Shown: positions 28,927 to 38,264, numbered from the stretch's first letter. The stretch: DNA of 64,000 nucleotides from Candidatus Levyibacteriota bacterium (GCA_027459745.1 DAIDHL010000002.1:125656-189655), one strand, 5' to 3'. Numbers and translations are program-made. The notes: generated by a model from the letters alone, not told the origin.

Positions 28927-29448
28927 TTAATTTACAGAATTAGGATTATCTTGTGAACTGTTAATTTGATCCATACTGTTCATATCTGTCGTCGCTTGTT
29001 GCAGGGACTGATCAATATTTGTCTCAGTATTATTTAAGCTTTGATCTGCATTTTGTGGAGTAATGGGAGAAATTACGGGAGTTGGGGAGGGCATTACGGT
29101 AGGAGAGATTGGTGCTGTTGTAGGTATAACTTGAGCTGATTGGTTAGCCTGAGGATTGGCTGTCCGGGTTAAAAGTACCCATGCTCCTCCGCCGACTAAA
29201 ATCAACAGAGCAATGGCAATAACTACATATAACAACCATGAAGAATGACCGGAGTGGTTGGCGACAGCTGGAGTGGCATTAGCTACTGCAGGCATGGGTT
29301 GAGTAGTTGGTTGGGTAGGAATTCCAGCTGTAGCAGATGGATTTGTATTCACGGGCGCCTCTGGTGCCATATTCATAGTTGGTACAGTGGGTTGAGAATT
29401 TGCCGCATCAGGAGTTTCAGACGCGGGAGCAGTAGGATTATTGTCCAT
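28927..29448 (-). CDS. Pro/Thr-rich membrane-anchored protein, hypothetical
   Basis: P/T-rich N-terminus, a single TM, and a low-complexity C-terminus. Immediately upstream of the secreted protein. Confidence 0.45.
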   Translation of the reverse strand: MDNNPTAPASETPDAANSQPTVPTMNMAPEAPVNTNPSATAGIPTQPTTQPMPAVANATPAVANHSGHSSWLLYVVIAIALLILVGGGAWVLLTRTANPQANQSAQVIPTTAPISPTVMPSPTPVISPITPQNADQSLNNTETNIDQSLQQATTDMNSMDQINSSQDNPNSVN

Positions 29449-29505
29449 GTATTAAAGGTAACATAAAAATCAAATGTCTGTCAACCTTTTTGGGAGTTAA
29501 ATTAA

Positions 29506-29534
29506 TGGCGTGAAACCTATTTTGGTTGTATAAT
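29506..29534 (+). promoter_or_regulatory. extended -10 promoter (TGTATAAT) for tRNA-Ser
   Basis: TGnTATAAT at 29527-29534, 19 nt upstream of the tRNA 5' end. Confidence 0.4.
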
Positions 29535-29553
29535 CATTCGCAGTATTAAGCCA

Positions 29554-29641
29554 GGAGAGTGGGCCGGACGGTAAGGCACAGGTTTGCTAAACCTGCAGGG
29601 TCTTAAACAATCCTGAGTGGGTTCGACCCCCACACTCTCCG
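29554..29641 (+). tRNA. tRNA-Ser (anticodon GCU), class II with a long variable arm
   Basis: Acceptor GGAGAGT/ACTCTCC with discriminator G. Anticodon loop UUGCUAA. Variable arm CAGGGUCUUAAACAAUCCUGAG. T-arm GUGGG-UUCGACC-CCCAC. No encoded CCA. Confidence 0.85.
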
Positions 29642-29685
29642 CAGATATTTAATTACTTATGCAGGTTCTGTTACACTAAATATAC

Positions 29686-30381
29686 ATGGATCTGCTGAGC
29701 TTGTTGTTTCCTAAATATTGTTTGGGTTGCAAAAAAATGGGTGATTACATCTGTGCTAACTGCTTTGCTTCGATAAAATTCCAAGATGAAGACAAGTGTT
29801 TGGTTTGCAATAAGCCGTCAATCGACAGTAAAACTCATCCTGGTTGTGTCAGCAACTATAGCATAGACGGCTCAAGTTCAGCTTTAGTTTATAAAAGTAT
29901 AGTCAAAAAATTAGTCTACTCATTCAAATATGAACCTAATTTGACGAATCTAAGGCAAAATATGATTGATTTGTTGTATGAGGGTTTAATTCAGAAAGAA
30001 AGTTTACAAACAGTCTTGCAGCAGGACTGTGTTTTGGTGCCTATACCCTTGCATGCAGTTAAAATGCGTCAACGAGGATATAATCAAGCTAAATTGCTAG
30101 CTGAAGGATTGGTTAAATATTGGCACATACCTATAGTGGATTGTTTACGGAGACTTAAAACCACTCATTCTCAGTATCAATTAAGTAGAGTGGAGCGTTT
30201 AAACAATCTTAAAGGAGCATTCTCTATTAATTCTAAGCATATTGATAAAATTAAAGATAAAACTATATTGTTGGTTGATGATTTAATCACTTCCGGAGCA
30301 ACGATGAATGAAGCGACTAAAGTTTTAAAGCATAATGGAGCTCAGGGGGTGTGGGGAATTGCGTTTGCCCATGGGCAGTAG
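29686..30381 (+). CDS. comFC: ComF-family protein (competence protein ComFC, phosphoribosyltransferase domain)
   Basis: N-terminal CxxC...CxxC zinc finger and C-terminal PRTase motif LLVDDLITSGATM. Confidence 0.75.
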   Translation: MDLLSLLFPKYCLGCKKMGDYICANCFASIKFQDEDKCLVCNKPSIDSKTHPGCVSNYSIDGSSSALVYKSIVKKLVYSFKYEPNLTNLRQNMIDLLYEGLIQKESLQTVLQQDCVLVPIPLHAVKMRQRGYNQAKLLAEGLVKYWHIPIVDCLRRLKTTHSQYQLSRVERLNNLKGAFSINSKHIDKIKDKTILLVDDLITSGATMNEATKVLKHNGAQGVWGIAFAHGQ

Positions 30382-30430
30382 TTAATAGAGAGTAATAAGA
30401 ATTATGAATTGAGGAGGGAGTTATCATGCT

Positions 30431-30520
30431 TGGAAGCCAAGTCTGACTTGGCGACTCCAGGATTAAATTGATTCTGGAGTCGCATCCCCGCTAAGCGGGG
30501 TCGCTTGCCAAAATGACGAC
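30431..30520. repeat. GC-rich triple-hairpin element, copy C (ends AAATGACGAC; the reverse complement starts GTCGTCATTTTGGCAAGCGAC)
   Basis: Three consecutive perfect hairpins (CCAAGTC/GACTTGG, GACTCCAG/CTGGAGTC, ATCCCCGC/GCGGGGT) between comFC and the TPR gene. The terminus resembles copies A and B. Confidence 0.35.
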
Positions 30521-30587
30521 TTCTTTAACGTATTATTAGAACAATTTGCTGGTATAATAGCGTAAAATTAAGAGCTTTTGTTAAATA

Positions 30588-31250
30588 ATGGATAAGCAAC
30601 AACAATTTCAATTAGCACAACAGAAACGAGATAACGGTCAATTCGACCTAGCCATAGCAGATTATCAACAGATTCGTTTGGCGGCTATGTCGAGTGGCAA
30701 TGATTGGTTGGCGGGCGAATGCTTGCATATGATTGGTGTAGCTTATTATCAACAAAATGAATTTACTATGGCTGATGATTATTACCAACAGGCTTTGGAA
30801 ATTTTTCAGCGGACTGATAACAAAGATTTTGTAGCTATTGTTAAAAGAGATTTAGGTTTGTCTGTATATAAACAACAAGATTTTGCTAAAGCCAAAGAGT
30901 ATTTATTACAAAGTGTATCAAGTTTAAAAGATAGCAAATTGGCAGATCAGTATGCAATTTCTCAAGCCAAGTTAGGCTTTGTACGGGCTATACAGGGAGA
31001 AGTTAAAGAGGGGGTTGAGTTAATGCAAGAAGCGATTGGATTACTTGAGCAAAGTGAGGAAAAGTTTTTCCTAGTCATAGCATTCTTTGATTTAGCCAGA
31101 ATTTATCAGGCTGCCAACATGATTGAGGATGCTAAGCAAGCTGTGGAACGTTCATTAGCAGTCTTAAACTCATTTAGTAAAGAGGATCAATTTGTACAAA
31201 AAAGAAAAGACATAGCTGAATTGCAGCAGAGTTTAGCTGAGAAAAAATAG
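30588..31250 (+). CDS. tetratricopeptide-repeat protein
   Basis: Repeated 34-residue TPR-like units (W-LG-Y-A-F-P pattern). Confidence 0.65.
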   Translation: MDKQQQFQLAQQKRDNGQFDLAIADYQQIRLAAMSSGNDWLAGECLHMIGVAYYQQNEFTMADDYYQQALEIFQRTDNKDFVAIVKRDLGLSVYKQQDFAKAKEYLLQSVSSLKDSKLADQYAISQAKLGFVRAIQGEVKEGVELMQEAIGLLEQSEEKFFLVIAFFDLARIYQAANMIEDAKQAVERSLAVLNSFSKEDQFVQKRKDIAELQQSLAEKK

Positions 31251-31265
31251 ACAGGAAGGAGGTAC

Positions 31266-31529
31266 ATGGACGAGGAAAAACAAGCACAAGCCAATATTAA
31301 TCTTAATCTGGAAAACACGCCTGTTTTATATGCGGACAATATTTTTTGGAATATCAGTCCGGATGGAGTGATGTTGAATTTTGGACAATCTATCATGGGG
31401 TCTGGTGGAGTAAAAGTTGTCAGCCGGGTGGGGATGAGTAGGGAATTTGTGAAGAGATTTATCGCCGATCTGGGTAAGAATTTAGCACTCACGGAAGGTC
31501 ATGGCCAGACAGGCAAAGCCAAGAGTTAA
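31266..31529 (+). CDS. small hypothetical protein (DUF3467-like)
   Basis: 87 aa. YADNIFWNISPDGVMLNFG resembles the DUF3467 core. Tentative. Confidence 0.4.
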   Translation: MDEEKQAQANINLNLENTPVLYADNIFWNISPDGVMLNFGQSIMGSGGVKVVSRVGMSREFVKRFIADLGKNLALTEGHGQTGKAKS

Positions 31530-31531
31530 AA

Positions 31532-32569
31532 TTATCTATATAAAGCACGTAATTGGTTACCTGGCATGTACGTTACAACTTCATCAACTAACCTTCCATC
31601 AGTTATAGTTTGTTGCATAGCTGGACGAATAGGCAAGCCAAGTTGACGAGCAGTATCAGTAACAATTGTTCTTCCAAGGTTGCCAGCTACCGACATTACC
31701 CTGCGATTAGTTGCATTAGAGTAGCCAAAAACTACATCTACATCATCTCTGGCTGCTAATTCACGCAATAGTTGATGTGATAAAGCTGTATAAATACCTC
31801 GTCCTTCCATTTCTGGACGAACCTTGGCACCCATGACTTCAAAAGTACTTAATTTTACATTCTTTCCATGTCTGCGAAGTGTATCTGCATCGTTACTAGC
31901 GTAAACTGTTCCTATAACCCTTGGTTTACCTCTGTATAAAGTTGTCGCTGCCAGGGCGACAGAATCTTCGTCAGCTATAACCTCTCTAATTTCACTGTCT
32001 TCATCTCCAAACGAGCCGGAGATGAGTTTTACAAACTGCTTTTTTATTTTAGGGTCACTTTCCTCAGTTAATCTTTGGATGGTTATACCTTCTGGGACAG
32101 GAGTTATAATTCCTGATTCTCTACGTATTTGACCTGCTTGGAAAGCACCTGTGGCCTCTGCTAGTTCTTGTGTAATAACCTCAGGCGGTGTTTGTCGACT
32201 ATCTGCATTGCGCGAAAATATAGCTTGATAACAATCAGCCAGATCTGCATTGCCAGACTCAGCAAGAGAGATAAGCACTTCCAAATCGGGTAATAGAGGT
32301 CTTAGAGCATCAGGGAGATTTCTTAGTAAGTCTGCTGTCATGACTACTCTAGCCATGTTTCTGGTAAGTTCAGATGTAAAAGGTGTGTTGAGGATATCCG
32401 AGATAGCAGTTAATTTATGGGGAGATTCTACAACATCACGTACAATGCCTATGCGCCAACTAAAACCGTCATCTGGATATTCATAGCCAGCCACGTCTGG
32501 TCGTAGGTGCCAATTTTCATCAGGGTCACGTTCATAAGGTTGTTCAGTTGGATTCAGAAACTCACTCAT
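31532..32569 (-). CDS. hypothetical protein with C-terminal GNAT-like acetyltransferase fold; in higher-GC region
   Basis: C-terminal VRPEMEGRGIYTALSHQL resembles GNAT motif A. Codon usage is visibly more GC-rich than the flanking genes. Confidence 0.5.
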   Translation of the reverse strand: MSEFLNPTEQPYERDPDENWHLRPDVAGYEYPDDGFSWRIGIVRDVVESPHKLTAISDILNTPFTSELTRNMARVVMTADLLRNLPDALRPLLPDLEVLISLAESGNADLADCYQAIFSRNADSRQTPPEVITQELAEATGAFQAGQIRRESGIITPVPEGITIQRLTEESDPKIKKQFVKLISGSFGDEDSEIREVIADEDSVALAATTLYRGKPRVIGTVYASNDADTLRRHGKNVKLSTFEVMGAKVRPEMEGRGIYTALSHQLLRELAARDDVDVVFGYSNATNRRVMSVAGNLGRTIVTDTARQLGLPIRPAMQQTITDGRLVDEVVTYMPGNQLRALYR

Positions 32570-32694
32570 AAAAGAATTATAACAAAAAAGAATAAATTAA
32601 TCAACCTATAGTATGGATTTGTTGTTTTTCGTCCTCTTTTAGTGACGCACCTGGTTGACAGGGTTTTTGCTGAGTTATATGATCAGATAGTTGT

Positions 32695-34098
32695 ATGTCA
32701 GCACCCAAATTAACGCTTCAACAGGCTCTAGATGACGCCCCTCTGAGCCTCTTTCATTACAAAGCTATGATAACGGCCGGCATCGGTTTTTTCACTGACG
32801 CCTATGATTTGTTTGTCATTGGTACAGCGATAACTTTGATCAAAGAACAATGGCATCTGTCTCCAGTACAAGTCGGTTTTTTGGGCAGTAGTACCTTGAT
32901 CGCGACATTTGCAGGTGCATTTATCTTCGGACACTTGGCTGATAAATTAGGCCGCAAGGCTGTGTATGGTTTGGAAGCGCTAATTATGGCCATTTCTGCT
33001 TTTGCTTCGGCGCTAGCACCCAATTTTTTAAGCCTCGTCATTTTGCGTATTATTTTAGGTTTTGGTATTGGCGGTGATTATCCGGTCAGCGGAGTCATCA
33101 TGAGTGAGTATTCCAACAAAGCTAACAGAGGCAGAATGGTAAGTCTCGTTTTTTCCATGCAAGCTTTAGGATTGATTATTGGGCCGGTCGTGGCACTTAC
33201 CTTATTGGCTTCAGGTATCAATCATGAATTGGCTTGGCGAATAATGCTAGGTATTGGAGCGTTGCCAGCCTTAGCCATTATTTATTTTAGGCGTCAACTA
33301 CCTGAGTCGCCGCGGTTTTTGGCGAGTGTAAAGGGTAAAGCTAATTTAGCTGCCGAACACATGCATAAATTAAGTGGAGGTGTGATTCAAGCGAGCACTG
33401 TTACGCAGCGAAAAGTAAAACATACCTTTCGCGCATTTATTACCAAGCGTCAGAATCTTCGTTACTTGTTAGGTACGGCTGGTGCCTGGTTTTTGCTTGA
33501 TTATGCTTACTATGGCAATACGATTTCTACACCTTTGGTATTGAAAACAGTTGCGCCGAGTTCGGCACTTATTCAATCCACCGCCTGGAGCTTGATTATC
33601 TTTGCTATTGCGGCTGCACCCGGTTATGTAGCGTCTTTCAGTTTTATCGATAAAATCGGACATCGTAAATTGCAATGGATAGGCTTTGTAGTGATGGGAA
33701 TTTGTTTTAGTCTGATCGGACTTATTCCTGGTCTCATTCATAGTGTGTTACCTTTTCTGTTGCTGTACGGTTTGAGTTATTTCTTCACCGAATTTGGTCC
33801 CAATGTGACAACTTTTGTTATTCCGACGGAAATTTTTGCTGTCAATGGCCGGACAACTGGACATGGAATATCAGCGGGAATTGGGAAAATAGGGGCGTTT
33901 ATCGGCGTATTTGCCTTCCCTCTATTGACAGCGAATTTAGGTTTGGCCGGCACATTGTTATTATCGGCTGGATTTTCTTTTGCCGGTGCTTTATTAACTT
34001 TTATTCTGCCTGAACCAGCCAGAAGGAGCTTGGAAGAAACATATGAAGAAAATGCCTTAGATCGAGCAAGCAAACCAGCATATCTGACAACAAAATAG
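32695..34098 (+). CDS. MFS transporter (phosphate/metabolite:H+ symporter-like)
   Basis: 12 TM helices. The D-x-x-GRK motif between TM2 and TM3 (LADKLGRKAVYG) is typical of the MFS sugar/phosphate porter group. Higher GC. Confidence 0.75.
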   Translation: MSAPKLTLQQALDDAPLSLFHYKAMITAGIGFFTDAYDLFVIGTAITLIKEQWHLSPVQVGFLGSSTLIATFAGAFIFGHLADKLGRKAVYGLEALIMAISAFASALAPNFLSLVILRIILGFGIGGDYPVSGVIMSEYSNKANRGRMVSLVFSMQALGLIIGPVVALTLLASGINHELAWRIMLGIGALPALAIIYFRRQLPESPRFLASVKGKANLAAEHMHKLSGGVIQASTVTQRKVKHTFRAFITKRQNLRYLLGTAGAWFLLDYAYYGNTISTPLVLKTVAPSSALIQSTAWSLIIFAIAAAPGYVASFSFIDKIGHRKLQWIGFVVMGICFSLIGLIPGLIHSVLPFLLLYGLSYFFTEFGPNVTTFVIPTEIFAVNGRTTGHGISAGIGKIGAFIGVFAFPLLTANLGLAGTLLLSAGFSFAGALLTFILPEPARRSLEETYEENALDRASKPAYLTTK

Positions 34099-34218
34099 CA
34101 AGGGCGGAGTGTGAACATTGAGAATAAGATTTGAAACCGGCCTGAAGAGTATATTTTGCGATAGCTTACGATACTTCAGAGGAGCTGTGCATTTGTCCAC
34201 ATTATTTTAAAAATAAGG

Positions 34219-34971
34219 CTAGATATAGGCCACAACGGCTATGTGATCAGAGGACGTAGCATTACGCGGTAACGCTTCAACTGTTGCCTGTTCGAGATCG
34301 GGAGTTACCAGAACCCGATCAAATGTCTTTTTCCCAGGATCAGATAATCGCTCCATTATCCCCGGATATTTTTTATATGTAGCCACACCTTGTGGAGGGC
34401 CTGCATATCGAAGTCCAGTCTCTTTCTCAACAATGCGAATCTCTTCCGCTGTAAGATAAGGCAGATTCGTATCATAAACCGCTATTCCTGAAGAGTGATG
34501 AGCAAAAGCAGCATCTCGGGTAATTTGACCTCCTTCAACCAGTTGTCTCAACCTTCCAGATTTAAGTGCTAAAAGATTTGATGCATGCCCATTTGCGACG
34601 ACTAACCCCGCTTCACCTTCGGCTGCAGGAAATAATCGTACTTCTAACAGTCGATTTCCTCTAGGGTTAATGGTAAGAAATTCAGTTACTTTCGTTGGAG
34701 TCAGGGGATGAGATGATACGCGAGCAGTTCTCCATCTCTGAGGATTATAATAGGTTGCCAACCCAACACGATGATGCCCCAATAACATGGTATGCGCAGC
34801 CAAAAGTAACCCTCCAAGAGCATCGGGGATATCTGTACCTGCTTCTTGAAGACATGCTATGTCGATGTTGTGAGCCTTGACTATATGACCTAATTCAGGT
34901 GTTGCTTTATTAAACAACACATTATGAGTTAATACCTTGATGTCAAGTCTTCTGGGTGCGAGTTCTTTCAT
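34219..34971 (-). CDS. endonuclease/exonuclease/phosphatase (EEP) family protein
   Basis: DIACLQEA motif near the N-terminus and a C-terminal SDH motif. Start placed at MKELAP; the track start at 35028 adds an AT-rich extension. Confidence 0.65.
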   Translation of the reverse strand: MKELAPRRLDIKVLTHNVLFNKATPELGHIVKAHNIDIACLQEAGTDIPDALGGLLLAAHTMLLGHHRVGLATYYNPQRWRTARVSSHPLTPTKVTEFLTINPRGNRLLEVRLFPAAEGEAGLVVANGHASNLLALKSGRLRQLVEGGQITRDAAFAHHSSGIAVYDTNLPYLTAEEIRIVEKETGLRYAGPPQGVATYKKYPGIMERLSDPGKKTFDRVLVTPDLEQATVEALPRNATSSDHIAVVAYI

Positions 34972-35181
34972 AGGTAATATATGAGCGGCAGGTTTAAAGA
35001 GAAAATTTTGTATGAAGAAGTATACCAAAATACAGTATAAATGTAAACTTATAGTAATTGAAGGTGACGTTATTTTTTCAGGAAATGTTTATTACGGAAG
35101 GCGAGGCCAGATTGGGTCTTTAGATAATCTTCAAATCTTGCTGCTAACTGCTTACCAGTAAAAGCAGCATAAAACACTAAA

Positions 35182-35424
35182 TTAACAGGTCTGAGATTTT
35201 TTTGTAGACAAGACTAGTCCACCTTCATGATCTTTTATCCTAGCTTTTAAATCACTAGAACTCCCATGGTAATATGTTTTATCCCTTAATTGAAGAATGT
35301 AGGTGTAGTACACGGCTTTATAATAACAAAAAGTCCCTCTTCGCTCCAATAAATTGGAGTTTCGAAGGGACACTCTTCTTGTTTTGTTTTCAAGCAGATT
35401 ATTTTTAGAAGTGTGGCTTGCCAC
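35182..35424 (-). CDS. GIY-YIG nuclease-superfamily small protein
   Basis: YYTYILQ...KTYYHGSSSDLKARIKDHEGG matches GIY-YIG (URI) motifs. GTG start. Sits at the junction between the tmRNA 3' end and the higher-GC block. Confidence 0.55.
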   Translation of the reverse strand: MASHTSKNNLLENKTRRVSLRNSNLLERRGTFCYYKAVYYTYILQLRDKTYYHGSSSDLKARIKDHEGGLVLSTKKSQTC

Positions 35425-35431
35425 TTCGTAG

Positions 35432-35453
35432 CCAGGTGCAATACTGTACCTGG
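35432..35453 (-). terminator. hairpin (CCAGGU...ACCUGG) immediately 3' of the tmRNA; termination/processing structure
   Basis: Perfect 6-bp inverted repeat 8 nt downstream of the tmRNA discriminator base. No U-run follows. Confidence 0.35.
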
Positions 35454-35460
35454 CGAAGAG

Positions 35461-35882
35461 TGGAGATGTCGAGCTATGAACTCGAGTCCGAAAAATGTTA
35501 ATAAAAACGTCTACAAGCGTAGTTTATCTTTGAAATGTCCTTTTATTCTTTTCCGATAAACAGGAAAATAAAAGTAAGAACTCTTTTTAACCAATAATAG
35601 GGGAATTCAATCCCTATTATCTGTTTCCCAACTGTGTTATGCCCATATCATCCCGTTGGGGAAGACAATATGAACAGGCTTCTCAAACCTTATGCAGCGA
35701 GTGCATATGCAGGAGCGAATCCTGCGTTTGAGCGACCACCGTCAGCCAACACCGAGGTGGTGAACTGGCGGATGCGTTGGCTAATGCCATCAGCATTTAT
35801 ATTTTGATTCTATTTTACGGCTGTGAATCATCGCCGGCTTGCAGTTGTTAAAGAGCACTTAACGTCGAATCAAATCATCCCC
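35461..35882 (-). ncRNA. ssrA: tmRNA (SsrA), standard one-piece, about 422 nt
   Basis: The 5' end GGGGAUGAUUUGAUUCGACG matches the tmRNA 5' consensus. The 3' end carries a T-arm UCGAG-UUCAUAG-CUCGA followed by CAUCUCC-A. The acceptor GGGGAUG/CAUCUCC contains a G3-U70 wobble (the alanine identity element). An internal ORF ends ...GCU CCU GCA UAU GCA CUC GCU GCA UAA (..APAYALAA-stop). It lies directly downstream of smpB on the same strand. Confidence 0.85.
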
Positions 35883-35963
35883 CTTCGTCCAGCAAAGCTG
35901 GACTTCGGGGGACAGGTCCCCCTGATCTAGCATTGGCTATTAAACACAGGCGAATATTGATTA

Positions 35964-36398
35964 CTAACCTCTAAATTCTTGCTCCAGTTCTCGGTCTAAA
36001 TCTTGCCTCTTGATAGCCTCACGTTTTTGATATTCTTTTTTACCTTTTCCGAGGCCAAGTTGGACTTTGATGTAGCGTCTTGTAGTATAAAGCGAAAGTG
36101 GCACCAAAGTCAAGCTCTGCCCATCCATTTTGGACTTCAAAGCTAGTAGTTGAGCCTTATGCAGGAGGAGCTTACGTGTGCGTGTAGGCTCGTAGTCTTC
36201 TGGTCGTGCATACGAATAAGGCAAAATTTTAGCATTGACCAAATAAGCTTCACTGCCAATGATTCGTGCGTAACTACCCTTGAGATCGACATGACCAAGC
36301 CTGACAGCCTTGACTTCGGCGCCATTTAAATTGATTCCAGCCTCCAAAGATTCCAGAATTCTATAATCATAAAATGCCCTAGAATTAGTGATTTTCAT
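35964..36398 (-). CDS. smpB: SsrA-binding protein SmpB
   Basis: The whole 144-aa sequence fits SmpB (GAEVKA...KLLLHK...). Adjacent to ssrA. Confidence 0.9.
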   Translation of the reverse strand: MKITNSRAFYDYRILESLEAGINLNGAEVKAVRLGHVDLKGSYARIIGSEAYLVNAKILPYSYARPEDYEPTRTRKLLLHKAQLLALKSKMDGQSLTLVPLSLYTTRRYIKVQLGLGKGKKEYQKREAIKRQDLDRELEQEFRG

Positions 36399-36452
36399 GA
36401 GGTTATGATACTAAATAATAATAGAATAAACAAATAATCTGCTAGTTACTGT

Positions 36453-38261
36453 TTATTTTAAGTCTATACTCTTAATTCCCTCTGGTGTGAGGAAGAAGAT
36501 CTTCTTGTTACTCTCCTGTACGTCAATATCCGTGGCTTTATTTAATGCGTCGGCTGCATACTGAGCCTCATAAGTTCCATCTTTACCTAACTGTACAATT
36601 CTACTGTTGCCATTATCTAGTACATACACACTGTTCAAGTCAGGGGTGGTAAAAAGGCGCGTAGGATTAGACAGTGGTTTGTCTAGCCCTTTGATATTAA
36701 AGCTATCAACCTCACCCTTGGTATATTTAATAACCGTTCCATCTGAAGAAAGAACATAGATAGAACTATCAATGGACATACTGACTGCTTTACTAAAATC
36801 TGGGGAGACATCACTTTTTAAATAGGAACTCTTACCATAGCCATCGCTGCCGGCTACATACTTAAGAATATTATTTTTTTTGTCCAATATATACAAGTTA
36901 CCATAATAGACACTAAAACCAGCTAACTGAGTCCAATCGCCTTTATTGCTTACTAACGCGGTCGAAGAACCATTTTGATATATGCCGGTGTTGTTAATAT
37001 AATAAATTTTGTTTTGCTCACTGCTCACATACTGCACTCCCTGTTTTTGTTCAGCAGCGAGCAGAGGTGAATCGCTAGCACTGGCATCACTAACAGTTAC
37101 AGTTTGAATATTCTGAGTCTGCGAGAGTTTCGCATCTACCTGGGTAAGTAAGGTATTGACTTGAGTCGTTTCAGTAGACTTGGCAGGAAGTAATTGTAAT
37201 GCCTGCTTCAATAAGGAATCCGCTTTTTTAAACGCGCTCTCTGCACTGGGAGATACCGGATTAACAGCAATAATGCCATTACCGCTTTCATATTCTCTCT
37301 CAGCGGCGTCGTAATATTGGTGGAAAACTTGTTGATTTTTGGCCTCTTGTCGTTGTGATTTTATGCCTAAAATACTAAAGATGATGAAAATCAAGACGAT
37401 GAATGCAACCACAATACCAATACGTGATTTAATACTTAAGTTCAATTTGGGTAAAAATGACAGATTGAGATGAGGCAATTTAACTAACTTAAAAGCATTA
37501 ATTATACTGGGTAAAGAATGAGATTCAGACTTGGGTTGGGAGGAAGTAGAATAAACATCATCAGTATCCCTGGAGGAAATCGCAGTATCTACTTCTGTTT
37601 CTGTCTTAGTTAGGTTAACAGAGGGCTGCACGCTTAATTCACTGGGGGTGGCATAGGTGGCTGGAGTTAAAAATCCTTCTACCTTAAGAATTATGCTAGC
37701 CGCTCCGCTATTTTCGGTAGACTCTAATTGTCCAGTGATTACTTCCGCCATTTCATTTGGGATACTATCCTTGACAGTTTGTAATTTACTTGGAGTTATA
37801 TGCTGAGCAAAATCTGCTGTCTCGAGAAAAAACAAGTCATTTGGTTCGATATAGCCGGAAGAGATTTCTATATGATGGGTTCCGTCATTAGCAATATGTA
37901 TAAGTGGTGCTAGCTTGTCTTGACGCTTTAGCAGTATAGACCCACTATCAGACACAAACAAATAGGCGATATTTTCTTTAATATATGCAGCTGCTAGAGA
38001 ATGAACGATGCTATCTGGTATTTGTTTTAAAGCCTCTTCGATTACAGTTTTTACGGCAGGCAAAGTCTTGTCCTCCAGAGAAAAGAAATTAGTCTCTAGA
38101 TTAGCAAAAAGCTCCTTACCTACGGTATGCACATCCTGATTAACGTCGGCAGTGTTAAGAGAAATAACGGCAAAAAAACTTCCAGCAGTATATGTATGTA
38201 CCGCCATAGTCGCAGTTGGTGGGAAAACAATCTTCGTAAAGCTTAATTGTGGGGTAGGCAT
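36453..38261 (-). CDS. membrane protein with cytoplasmic N-terminal domain, one TM, and extracytoplasmic C-terminal beta-propeller-like (NHL/YVTN-type) repeats
   Basis: TM at about residue 285. Repeated motifs (iYVLDngN.rIvqlgkdG) in the C-terminal 230 aa. A degenerate PP2C-like N-terminal domain is possible but not confirmed. Confidence 0.5.
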   Translation of the reverse strand: MPTPQLSFTKIVFPPTATMAVHTYTAGSFFAVISLNTADVNQDVHTVGKELFANLETNFFSLEDKTLPAVKTVIEEALKQIPDSIVHSLAAAYIKENIAYLFVSDSGSILLKRQDKLAPLIHIANDGTHHIEISSGYIEPNDLFFLETADFAQHITPSKLQTVKDSIPNEMAEVITGQLESTENSGAASIILKVEGFLTPATYATPSELSVQPSVNLTKTETEVDTAISSRDTDDVYSTSSQPKSESHSLPSIINAFKLVKLPHLNLSFLPKLNLSIKSRIGIVVAFIVLIFIIFSILGIKSQRQEAKNQQVFHQYYDAAEREYESGNGIIAVNPVSPSAESAFKKADSLLKQALQLLPAKSTETTQVNTLLTQVDAKLSQTQNIQTVTVSDASASDSPLLAAEQKQGVQYVSSEQNKIYYINNTGIYQNGSSTALVSNKGDWTQLAGFSVYYGNLYILDKKNNILKYVAGSDGYGKSSYLKSDVSPDFSKAVSMSIDSSIYVLSSDGTVIKYTKGEVDSFNIKGLDKPLSNPTRLFTTPDLNSVYVLDNGNSRIVQLGKDGTYEAQYAADALNKATDIDVQESNKKIFFLTPEGIKSIDLK

Positions 38262-38264
38262 TAG

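Noticed and set aside
30431-30520. SRP RNA (4.5S) or RNase P RNA at the triple-hairpin element
   Set aside because: GGAAGCCAAG only superficially resembles the SRP domain IV GGAAGCAGCCAAGG motif. The GNAR tetraloop and asymmetric-loop context are absent, and the RNase P conserved regions were not found.
35182-35424. GIY-YIG ORF as an artefact overlapping the tmRNA
   Set aside because: The tmRNA 3' end maps to 35461 and its downstream hairpin to 35432-35453. Both lie outside the ORF (which ends at 35424), and the GIY-YIG motifs are convincing, so it is kept as a real small gene.
29642-35500. Direct repeat of the tmRNA 3' end or tRNA-Ser 3' end delimiting the higher-GC block
   Set aside because: I could not find a copy of 35461-35500 or of the tRNA-Ser 3' end at the far boundary. 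The island call therefore rests on composition and position only, and no att sites are claimed.
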